Shown here piece after piece: positions 1-8,098 of a DNA stretch of 37,349 nt. A model generated the notes under the pieces. It searched no databases and was not told the DNA's origin. It worked only from the letters and a program-made list of their open reading frames with translations. How positions within the stretch are numbered: the first letter of the stretch is position 1; every line of letters begins with the position of its first letter. Location of the stretch: sequence record DRR378314_1978, one strand, 5' to 3'. Position numbers and translations under genes: made by a program.

Positions 1-396
1 GACGTGATCAACGTCTCGGGCCACCGCATGGGTACGGCCGAAGTGGAAAGTGCTCTGGTCGCCCACGCCGCGGTGGCCGAGGCTGCGGTCGTTGGTTACC
101 CCCATGAAATCAAAGGGCAAGGCATCTATTGCTATGTCACTCTGATGAATGATCGTGAGCCTTCGGATGAGCTGTTGAAAGAGCTGCGCACCTGGGTCCG
201 GACTGAGATTGGCCCGATCGCCAGCCCGGATGTGATCCAATGGGCCCCAGGCCTGCCCAAGACGCGTTCGGGCAAGATCATGCGCCGCATCCTGCGCAAG
301 ATCGCCGAGAACGACTTTGGATCGCTGGGTGACACGTCGACCCTTGCCGATCCGTCGGTGGTTGAAGACCTGATCGAAAACAGAGCGAGCAAATGA
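1..396 (+). CDS. acs: Acetyl-CoA synthetase, C-terminal part (gene starts upstream of the window)
   Basis: [16 protein letters not shown] and the [18 protein letters not shown] motif containing the acetylatable Lys; ends GDTSTLADP; stop TGA 394-396. Confidence 0.95.
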   Translation, partial: DVINVSGHRMGTAEVESALVAHAAVAEAAVVGYPHEIKGQGIYCYVTLMNDREPSDELLKELRTWVRTEIGPIASPDVIQWAPGLPKTRSGKIMRRILRKIAENDFGSLGDTSTLADPSVVEDLIENRASK

Positions 397-403
397 GGGT
401 GTG

Positions 404-1087
404 ATGGACGCTGCCACAACCATATCTCCCGCTGTTCTCATCCTTCTCGGGCCTCCGGGCGCCGGGAAGGGTACACAAGCACGTATGCTGGAAGACAAGT
501 TTGGACTGGTCCAGCTCAGCACCGGGGATCTGCTGCGTGATGCCGTGGCTGCAGGTACCGAAGCTGGCCAAGCAGCGAAGGCTGTGATGGAGGCTGGCGA
601 TCTGGTCAGCGACGGAATCGTCATTGCCATCTTGCGCGACCGAATGGCCCAACCCGATTGCGCCAAGGGCGTCATTCTGGACGGCTTTCCGCGCACAACA
701 GTTCAGGCAGAGGCACTGGATGGCTTGCTGGCGGCCAGCGATCAAAAGATCGATGCCGCTATCAGTCTACAGGTTGAAGACGCAGAAATGGTGATCCGCA
801 TCTCGGGCCGCTACACCTGTGCGGGCTGCGGCGAAGGGTTTCACGACACGTTCAAACAGCCGGTCGAAGACGGCAAATGCGACAACTGCGGACATACCGA
901 GTTCAAGCGCCGGGCCGATGACAATGCCGAAACGGTTGCCTCGCGTTTGGCCGCGTATCATGCGCAAACCGCGCCATTGATAGACTATTATCAGGCCCAA
1001 GGTGTGCTGAAGGGCATCGACGCCATGGGACAGATCGACGACATCGCACAGGACCTGCACGGGCTTGTAAGCGATGTCATGAGTTAA
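404..1087 (+). CDS. adk: Adenylate kinase with Zn-binding LID
   Basis: P-loop GPPGAGKGTQA, STGDLLR, LDGFPRT, LID C-x2-C-x16-C-x2-C, RRADD; GAGGG before ATG 404 (GTG 401 is an alternative start). Confidence 0.95.
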   Translation: MDAATTISPAVLILLGPPGAGKGTQARMLEDKFGLVQLSTGDLLRDAVAAGTEAGQAAKAVMEAGDLVSDGIVIAILRDRMAQPDCAKGVILDGFPRTTVQAEALDGLLAASDQKIDAAISLQVEDAEMVIRISGRYTCAGCGEGFHDTFKQPVEDGKCDNCGHTEFKRRADDNAETVASRLAAYHAQTAPLIDYYQAQGVLKGIDAMGQIDDIAQDLHGLVSDVMS

Positions 1088-1268
1088 GGGGAGGAGAGAG
1101 GCCCTCGGGTCTCCCCCTAAAACCGAATACTTCAATGGACCCGCCTTGGCGGACCAGAGAAGTCTTGCCTGATGTCATACGGCAGCAGGCAACATCGAGA
1201 AGCGGTCCGACGCACTGGAGGAGTTGGGCAATGGGCCGCCCTAGAGGGAAGCGAAGGAGGAACCCGCA

Positions 1269-1553
1269 ATGGCGGATCATTCAACAAACTCCGCGCAGAC
1301 TGCCGAAGCCGACAAGGGCTATTGGCAGGCCAATCTGCGCCTCATCTACATCAGCCTCGTGATTTGGGCGCTGGTGTCGTTTGGATTCGGCATTCTGCTG
1401 CGTCCGCTGCTATCGGGTATCGCCGTTGGTGGAACAGATCTGGGCTTTTGGTTTGCACAGCAGGGATCGATCCTGGTCTTTCTGGTGCTGATCTTTAACT
1501 ACGCCTGGCGCATGAACAAGCTCGACGCTGAATACGGCGTGGACGAGGAGTAA
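1269..1553 (+). CDS. Small two-TM partner of the solute symporter (DUF4212/DUF485-like)
   Basis: YW..NLRLI and GFWFAQQGSI motifs, two hydrophobic segments, AAGGAGG RBS, 5 nt upstream of the symporter gene. Confidence 0.85.
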   Translation: MADHSTNSAQTAEADKGYWQANLRLIYISLVIWALVSFGFGILLRPLLSGIAVGGTDLGFWFAQQGSILVFLVLIFNYAWRMNKLDAEYGVDEE

Positions 1554-1558
1554 GCAGC

Positions 1559-3343
1559 ATGGATCAGTTTACCATCAACCTGCTGTTTGTGGGCGCGTCC
1601 TTTGCGCTTTACATCGGCATCGCGATCTGGGCCCGCGCGGGTTCCACATCCGAATTCTACGCCGCCGGTCGCGGCATTCACCCGGTCACCAACGGTATGG
1701 CGACAGCGGCAGACTGGATGTCTGCGGCCTCGTTCATCTCGATGGCGGGCCTGATTGCCTTTACCGGCTACGACAACTCAACCTTCCTGATGGGTTGGAC
1801 CGGTGGCTATGTGCTGCTGGCCCTGCTGCTTGCGCCTTATCTGCGTAAGTTCGGCAAATACACCGTGTCGGAATTCATCGGCGACCGCTTCTACAGCCAG
1901 ACTGCACGTATCGTTGCTGTGATCTGTCTGATCGTTGCATCGGTGACCTACGTTATTGGTCAGATGACAGGCGTCGGCGTGGCCTTTGGCCGCTTCCTTG
2001 AGGTATCCAACACCTCGGGCCTGTTGATCGGTGCTGCGGTTGTGTTCGCCTACGCGGTGTTTGGTGGGATGAAGGGCGTGACCTACACTCAGGTCGCTCA
2101 GTACTGCGTGCTGATCACCGCCTACACCATCCCGGCGATCTTCATCTCGTTGCAGCTGACCGGCACGCCAGTTCCGGCGCTGGGTCTGTTTGGTGACACC
2201 GCAAGCGGTGAACCCCTGCTGACCAAGCTGGATGCAATTGTGACCGAGCTGGGCTTCAATGAGTACACAGCCCACCACTCGAACACGCTGAACATGGTGC
2301 TGTTCACCCTGTCGCTGATGATCGGTACTGCGGGTCTGCCCCACGTCATCATGCGCTTCTTCACCGTTCCCAAGGTCTCTGACGCACGTTGGTCGGCTGG
2401 CTGGGCACTGGTCTTCATCGCTCTGCTGTACCTGACCGCCCCTGCGGTTGGTGCCATGGCGCGTCTGAACATCAGTGACATGATGTGGCCCAATGGCGGC
2501 ATCGAAGGTGGTGCCGTGTCGGTCGAGGATATCGACAACGATCCACGCTATGACTGGATGGCCACATGGCAGAAAACCGGACTGTTGGATTGGGAAGACA
2601 AGAACGGCGACGGCAAAATCCAGTACTACAACGACAAGTCCGAAGCCATGACCGCCATCGCAGAAGAAAAGGGCTGGGTTGGAAACGAGTTGACCAAGTT
2701 CAACCGTGATATCCTGGTTCTGGCCAACCCCGAGATTGCCAACCTGCCAGGTTGGGTGATCGGTCTGGTCGCTGCCGGTGGTCTTGCGGCCGCTCTGTCG
2801 ACCGCTGCGGGTCTGCTGTTGGCGATCTCGTCAGCCGTGTCCCACGACCTTGTCAAAGGTGCAATCAACCCGTCGATCTCTGAAAAGGGTGAACTTCTGG
2901 CGGCGCGGATTGCCATGGCTGTAGCTATCGTTGTCGCTACCTATCTGGGGCTCAACCCTCCGGGCTTTGCGGCGCAGACGGTTGCCCTGGCCTTCGGTTT
3001 GGCGGCTGCCTCAATCTTCCCGGCGCTGATGATGGGGATCTTCTCGACCCGCATCAACAACACCGGTGCGGTTGCAGGTATGTTGGCTGGTCTGACCGTA
3101 ACCTTGGTCTACATCTTCCTGCACAAGGGCTGGTTGTTCATTCCGGGCACCAACTCGTTCACCGATGCTGACCCGCTTCTGGGTCCGATCAAGTCGACCT
3201 CGTTCGGCGCCATCGGTGCGATGATCAACTTCGGCGTTGCTTACGTCGTCGCCGGTATGACCAAAGAGACTCCGCCGGAGATCGTGGAATTGGTCGAAAG
3301 CGTTCGCATTCCCCGTGGCGCGGGCGCAGCTCAGAATAAATGA
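1559..3343 (+). CDS. actP: Sodium:solute symporter, ActP-like acetate/monocarboxylate permease
   Basis: SSS-family motifs AADWMSAASF, GGMKGVTYTQV, GTAGLPHV, AAALSTAAGLL; many TM helices; downstream of acs. Confidence 0.85.
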   Translation: MDQFTINLLFVGASFALYIGIAIWARAGSTSEFYAAGRGIHPVTNGMATAADWMSAASFISMAGLIAFTGYDNSTFLMGWTGGYVLLALLLAPYLRKFGKYTVSEFIGDRFYSQTARIVAVICLIVASVTYVIGQMTGVGVAFGRFLEVSNTSGLLIGAAVVFAYAVFGGMKGVTYTQVAQYCVLITAYTIPAIFISLQLTGTPVPALGLFGDTASGEPLLTKLDAIVTELGFNEYTAHHSNTLNMVLFTLSLMIGTAGLPHVIMRFFTVPKVSDARWSAGWALVFIALLYLTAPAVGAMARLNISDMMWPNGGIEGGAVSVEDIDNDPRYDWMATWQKTGLLDWEDKNGDGKIQYYNDKSEAMTAIAEEKGWVGNELTKFNRDILVLANPEIANLPGWVIGLVAAGGLAAALSTAAGLLLAISSAVSHDLVKGAINPSISEKGELLAARIAMAVAIVVATYLGLNPPGFAAQTVALAFGLAAASIFPALMMGIFSTRINNTGAVAGMLAGLTVTLVYIFLHKGWLFIPGTNSFTDADPLLGPIKSTSFGAIGAMINFGVAYVVAGMTKETPPEIVELVESVRIPRGAGAAQNK

Positions 3344-3348
3344 GCATG

Positions 3349-3385
3349 ATGCGGCATATGGTTAGTTTCCATGTGCCGCATTTTT
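3349..3385 (+). terminator. Intrinsic terminator-like hairpin after actP
   Basis: ATGCGGCATATGG...CCATGTGCCGCAT stem followed by a T-run. Confidence 0.7.
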
Positions 3386-3396
3386 CGATCTACTGT

Positions 3397-3428
3397 TCCC
3401 GCCCGGCATACCACCGGGCGGGATTTTT
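3397..3428 (+). terminator. Second terminator-like hairpin
   Basis: TCCCGCCCGG-N7-CCGGGCGGGA followed by TTTTT. Confidence 0.65.
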
Positions 3429-3452
3429 CAACCAGAAGCTCAGGAGTCTTTG

Positions 3453-5276
3453 ATGCCCCTGTCCCATGATCAGATCACCCGGTTTCTGAAATCCGTACAC
3501 CCGTATGATGCCTTGCCAACAGACGTATTGGACGAGCTGTCGAAATCGATTGAGGTATGGGAGGTTGAGGCGGATCACCCGGTTTACGAACTTGGCAACG
3601 CCATGCCCGGTGTATTTGTGATCTATGAAGGACAGATAGAAATCACCGATGAGAACGGCGTTGTCGTCTCTCATCTGGGTTTGCGCAACTCGTTTGGCGA
3701 GCGGGGCTTGCTCAAAGATGGCAAAGCCGCAACCAAAGCGCATGCGCACACCCCGTCCGTTCTGATCGTGTTGCCGCCCGATCTGGTGCGAGAATTGATC
3801 GATGCGCATGATGTCGTGTCAAAGTTCTTCAACCGGGCCCGCGCCCCGCGCGCCACGCAGCAGTCGCTTGCGACAAGCCGCATCGATACGCTGATGGCAA
3901 GGGACCCGGCCACTTGCGCGCCAGACACAACGGTACAGCAGGCGGCACAATTGATGCGTGACCGTGGAATATCTTCGATTTGTATCACTGAAGGGGACAG
4001 CCTTTTCGGTATCGCCACAGTGCGTGACCTTTCAGGCAAGATCGTTGCAGACGCCCTGCCCCCATCGACCCCGATCAATCAGATCATGACCCGCGAACCG
4101 GTTACACTGTCGCCTGCCGATATCGGTTCGGACGTGCTGCACGCGATGATGGAACGGAATATCGGCCATATCCCGATCACCGAAGGTGGGCGATTGGTCG
4201 GGATGGTCACCCAGACCGACCTGACACACTATCAGGCCGTTAACTCGGCTGAATTGGTGCGCCGGATCGCGCGCGCTGAGAACGCCGAGGAAATGGCGCT
4301 TGTAACTGCAGAAATCCCGCAATTGCTGGTCCAACTTGTTGCGGGTGGAAACCGGCACGAGGTTGTGACCCGCCTGATCACCGACATTGCAGATACGGCC
4401 ACACGCCGTCTTTTGGCGCAGGCCGAAGCCAAACTCGGCCCGCCTCCGGTACCCTATCTTTGGCTGGCCTGCGGATCGCAGGGGCGCCAGGAACAGACCG
4501 GCGTATCCGATCAGGACAACTGCCTGATGTTGGATGACAGTGTGACCGATCAGGATATGGCTTATTACGTCGAGTTGGCGAAATTCGTATCTGACGGGCT
4601 GGATACCTGCGGGTATTTCTATTGCCCCGGCGACATGATGGCCACAACCCCGCGCTGGTGTCAGCCGGTCCAGGTTTGGCGTGACTATTTCAAAGGTTGG
4701 ATCGCCAAGCCAAATCCCGAGGCACAGATGTTGGCCTCGGTCATGTTCGATCTGCGCCCCATCGGGGGCAGTTTTGATCTGTTCACAGAATTGCAGGTCG
4801 AAACCTTGGCGAATGCCAGCGCAAACTCGATCTTTGTGGCACATATGATTTCGAACTCGCTAAAGCACACGCCGCCTCTGGGCCTGTTACGTGGTTTCGC
4901 TACGATTCGCTCGGGCGAGCATCGCAACACGCTGGATCTCAAACACAATGGTGTCGTCCCAGTGGTTGATCTGGCGCGTATCTACAGTCTTCAGGGCCAG
5001 TTGCCCGAGGCCAACACCCGCGCCCGCCTGAGCGCCGCCGAAGCTGCAGGGATTCTAAGCGCATCTGGCGCGCGCGATCTGTTAGACGCCTATGATCTGA
5101 TTGCCGAAACGCGTCTGGAACATCAGATCAAGCTGGTGAAATCGGGCAACCCGCCGGACAATTACATGCCCCCGACTTCCCTTTCGGATTTTGAGCGAAG
5201 TCATCTCCGCGATGCCTTTGTCGTGGTAAAAACGATGCAATCAGCGGTTAGTCATGGCAAAGGTATGCTGGGCTGA
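3453..5276 (+). CDS. cNMP-binding / CBS-pair / GlnD-GlnE-type nucleotidyltransferase (DUF294 family) signalling protein
   Basis: N-terminal cNMP fold (SFGERGLL), two CBS repeats (IGHIPI..GRLVGMVTQTDL), Pol-beta NTase signature GSQGRQEQ...SDQDN, CPGDMMA, C-terminal LDLKHNG; CAGGAG RBS. Confidence 0.9.
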   Translation: MPLSHDQITRFLKSVHPYDALPTDVLDELSKSIEVWEVEADHPVYELGNAMPGVFVIYEGQIEITDENGVVVSHLGLRNSFGERGLLKDGKAATKAHAHTPSVLIVLPPDLVRELIDAHDVVSKFFNRARAPRATQQSLATSRIDTLMARDPATCAPDTTVQQAAQLMRDRGISSICITEGDSLFGIATVRDLSGKIVADALPPSTPINQIMTREPVTLSPADIGSDVLHAMMERNIGHIPITEGGRLVGMVTQTDLTHYQAVNSAELVRRIARAENAEEMALVTAEIPQLLVQLVAGGNRHEVVTRLITDIADTATRRLLAQAEAKLGPPPVPYLWLACGSQGRQEQTGVSDQDNCLMLDDSVTDQDMAYYVELAKFVSDGLDTCGYFYCPGDMMATTPRWCQPVQVWRDYFKGWIAKPNPEAQMLASVMFDLRPIGGSFDLFTELQVETLANASANSIFVAHMISNSLKHTPPLGLLRGFATIRSGEHRNTLDLKHNGVVPVVDLARIYSLQGQLPEANTRARLSAAEAAGILSASGARDLLDAYDLIAETRLEHQIKLVKSGNPPDNYMPPTSLSDFERSHLRDAFVVVKTMQSAVSHGKGMLG

Positions 5277-5303
5277 TGCGAGCGTGAACAACGGAGAGGC
5301 AAT

Positions 5304-5822
5304 ATGTTTCTGGAACTAATCGGCACTGTTTTTGCAGGTTTTGCCTTTGCTGGGATCGTCATGGTTCTGAACAAGCTGACCGGAGGTCGGTTGCCGAAAT
5401 GGGCCGCCCCGGTTGCGGCGGGCGTTGGAATGATCGCGATGACGATCTCAAGCGAATACTCCTGGTATGATCGGACCCGGGACCAGTTGCCCGACAGTTT
5501 GTCCATTGTTCAGAAGGTTGAAAGCCGGGCGTTCTATCGACCCTGGACATATGCCGTGCCCTTCGTAGACCGGTTTGCCGCGATTGATACAATTTCCGTA
5601 CGCACCAATGAAAACCTGCCAGATCAACGCCTTGTTGACCTTTATTTCTTCGGTCGCTGGGCACCACAGTCGATGGTACCCGTCGCCGTAAACTGTGCCG
5701 AAAACACCCGCGCCAATCTGGCCGACGGCGCAGAATTTGCAGATGACGGGCGGTTGCAGAACGCCGAATGGATCAAAGCCCCAGCCGACGACCCAGTGAT
5801 CCGGGCCACTTGCGAGGCCTGA
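5304..5822 (+). CDS. Hypothetical membrane protein (two N-terminal TM segments plus soluble domain)
   Basis: GGAGAGG RBS, 172 aa ORF, hydrophobic N-terminus, tightly spaced between the NTase and exonuclease genes. Confidence 0.8.
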   Translation: MFLELIGTVFAGFAFAGIVMVLNKLTGGRLPKWAAPVAAGVGMIAMTISSEYSWYDRTRDQLPDSLSIVQKVESRAFYRPWTYAVPFVDRFAAIDTISVRTNENLPDQRLVDLYFFGRWAPQSMVPVAVNCAENTRANLADGAEFADDGRLQNAEWIKAPADDPVIRATCEA

Positions 5823-5824
5823 TC

Positions 5825-7237
5825 ATGTTGCACAAGCTGAGCCTACGCCTGCGCATTTTCCTGTTCTTTTGCCTGCTGGCAATGGGCGGGATCTTCGTCA
5901 GCACAGCGGCCTTATGGTTCAGTTACAAACGCGTCGCCGATCCGTCGCTGATCAACGCGTTCATTTTCGCGGATGCCCTGATCGCCTTTGGTTTACTCGG
6001 GTTGGTTGCAGGGGTCTGGCTGTTGTTCGATGACAACGTGGCCAAACCGATCGAGCGGCTTTCGTCACAGCTCCGCGCCCGCGCCCACGCTGGGGTCAGC
6101 ACTGATCTCGATCTGCAGGCGGCGCGCTATTTGGGTGATCTGGCCCCTGCCGCTGCGGGGTTGGCAGAGCAACTGGCAGAAAACGCCATGACCACCGCCG
6201 AAGCCGTCGCTGCAGAAACCGCTCATCTGGCCACGGAAAAAAAACGGCTCACCGCTCTGCTTACCGAAATACCCGTTGCGATGCTTCTGGCTGGTCCAAA
6301 GCACCAGATCGTTCTGTATGACGCTCAGGCCGCCGGAGTTCTCGCGCAGATCGCGCATCCCCGACTGAATGCCTCATTGTTTGATTACCTCGAAAGCACT
6401 GGTTTGACCGATGCTTACAAAGAGATGACCACAACCGGGATGGATGTCTATTGTACCTTGTCCAGCATCGATGGGCGGCAAACCTATTCCGCGCGGATGA
6501 AACCGCTGGGTGACGCGCCGGGATACATGCTGGTCTTCGAAGGCAGTGTTGCACGTATCCCGCCCGAAGACGCACGTCCGCTGGTCTATGATTTCGATCT
6601 GCTCGAGGCTCCGGGTGATGACGTATTCGAGGATCGCACCCTGTCGGATCTGTGTTTCGTGGTTTTTGACACCGAAACAACCGGCCTGCTGCCTCACAAG
6701 GATGAGATCGTACAGATCGGCGCTGTTCGGGTTGTCAAAGGCAAGATCGTCGAGGGTGAGCAGCTCGACATGCTGGTCAATCCGGGCATTCCTATCCCAC
6801 CTGCCTCAACCAAGGTACACAAGGTCAGCGACCGCATGGTCCAGGGTGCACCCGACATCGCCGACGCCGGGCGCAGCTTTCATCAATTCGCCCGTGACGC
6901 GGTGATTGTTGCCCATAACGCACCATTCGACATGGCGTTTTTACGACGTCATGCTGCACGGATGGAGGTGGATTGGACTCACCCAATACTGGACACGGTT
7001 CTTCTGTCGGCCGTGCTGTTCGGCGCAAGTGAAACCCACACGCTGGATGCAGTTTGCGATCGGCTGGGCATCACCATCCCGGGAACCCTGCGCCATACAG
7101 CAATGGGCGATGCCGTCGCCACAGCAGAAGCATTGGTTCGAATGCTGCCCATGCTATCGGCCCGCGGTTTGGTGACCTTTGGCGATGTCATCGCGGAGAC
7201 CCGCAAACACGGGCGACTTCTGGAAGATTTAAACTGA
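5825..7237 (+). CDS. Membrane-anchored DEDDh (DnaQ-like) 3'-5' exonuclease with HAMP/PAS-like N-terminal region
   Basis: ExoI FDTETTG, ExoII AHNAPFD, ExoIII HTAMGDA; two N-terminal TM helices; ATG 5825 lies 2 nt after the upstream stop. Confidence 0.88.
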   Translation: MLHKLSLRLRIFLFFCLLAMGGIFVSTAALWFSYKRVADPSLINAFIFADALIAFGLLGLVAGVWLLFDDNVAKPIERLSSQLRARAHAGVSTDLDLQAARYLGDLAPAAAGLAEQLAENAMTTAEAVAAETAHLATEKKRLTALLTEIPVAMLLAGPKHQIVLYDAQAAGVLAQIAHPRLNASLFDYLESTGLTDAYKEMTTTGMDVYCTLSSIDGRQTYSARMKPLGDAPGYMLVFEGSVARIPPEDARPLVYDFDLLEAPGDDVFEDRTLSDLCFVVFDTETTGLLPHKDEIVQIGAVRVVKGKIVEGEQLDMLVNPGIPIPPASTKVHKVSDRMVQGAPDIADAGRSFHQFARDAVIVAHNAPFDMAFLRRHAARMEVDWTHPILDTVLLSAVLFGASETHTLDAVCDRLGITIPGTLRHTAMGDAVATAEALVRMLPMLSARGLVTFGDVIAETRKHGRLLEDLN

Positions 7238-7322
7238 CGGCAAACCCAATTTCACCGCAGCTTTTCGTGGACAATCCCCGCGCTACATGGCACCTGAGAC
7301 AGGCCCATCGAACGAGCGCCTG

Positions 7323-7823
7323 ATGACCGAAAAAACATTCATTCCCGGCCCAGAGCAGAGCCTTGCCTTTCGCGAGGCCCTGGGCTGTTTCGGAACTGGC
7401 GTCACTGTCGTGACCACCAATACCGAGAATGGCCCGGCTGCGATCACGGTGAACTCGTTTGCGTCCGTCTCGCTGGACCCGCCGCTGGTTTTGTGGTGCC
7501 TGGATCGAAACTCGAACCGGTATGACGCCTTTAGCACCTGCGCACATTATGCGATCCACGTGATGGCGCAGGATCAGCATGATCGGGCCTTAAGGTTCGC
7601 GCATAACGGGTTTGATTTCTCTCATGCAGATTGGCAGGAAGATGAGGCCGGGCGGCCCCGGCTTGCAGAATGCCTTGCCCGTTTCGACTGTCGTTTGTCA
7701 GCACGCCACGAGGCCGGGGATCACCTGATCCTTGTCGGCCATGTCGAACAGGTCATGCATCGCCCCGGTCAGGGGCTGATCTTCAAACGCGGGCAATTTG
7801 GCGGATTCGCAGACCTAATTTGA
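7323..7823 (+). CDS. Flavin reductase family protein (HpaC/RutF-like)
   Basis: FREALGCFGTGVTVVT, NSFASVSLDPPLVLW, AGDHLILVG motifs. Confidence 0.9.
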   Translation: MTEKTFIPGPEQSLAFREALGCFGTGVTVVTTNTENGPAAITVNSFASVSLDPPLVLWCLDRNSNRYDAFSTCAHYAIHVMAQDQHDRALRFAHNGFDFSHADWQEDEAGRPRLAECLARFDCRLSARHEAGDHLILVGHVEQVMHRPGQGLIFKRGQFGGFADLI

Positions 7824-8098
7824 TCGTCCGCTGATCCGTAAACGGCGAACTTCTCAAGCTGCGTGTCTTACGGGTGATCAGACGAAACGCTTCGACGGTC
7901 AGTTAGGTACTCGGTGTGTGATCCTCGCCCACTTCAGCGGACGAAGCCGAAACTTTCATCGCCTGACTTGGGGCAACGCTCACGCAGATCACACCAACCC
8001 AGATGCACCGCAACCTCTGGCGGGGCCAGAACGCCCTGACAGGTCTTCCCCATCTTGAGCCGGATAACCTGCGTGCAGACCGGGAAAGACCGGATGGG

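Noticed and set aside
3453-7237. Nucleotidyltransferase plus nuclease as a CBASS or toxin-antitoxin defence system
   Set aside because: The NTase is the GlnD/GlnE type with cNMP/CBS domains, not CD-NTase or MNT-like, and the context is metabolic with no defence genes
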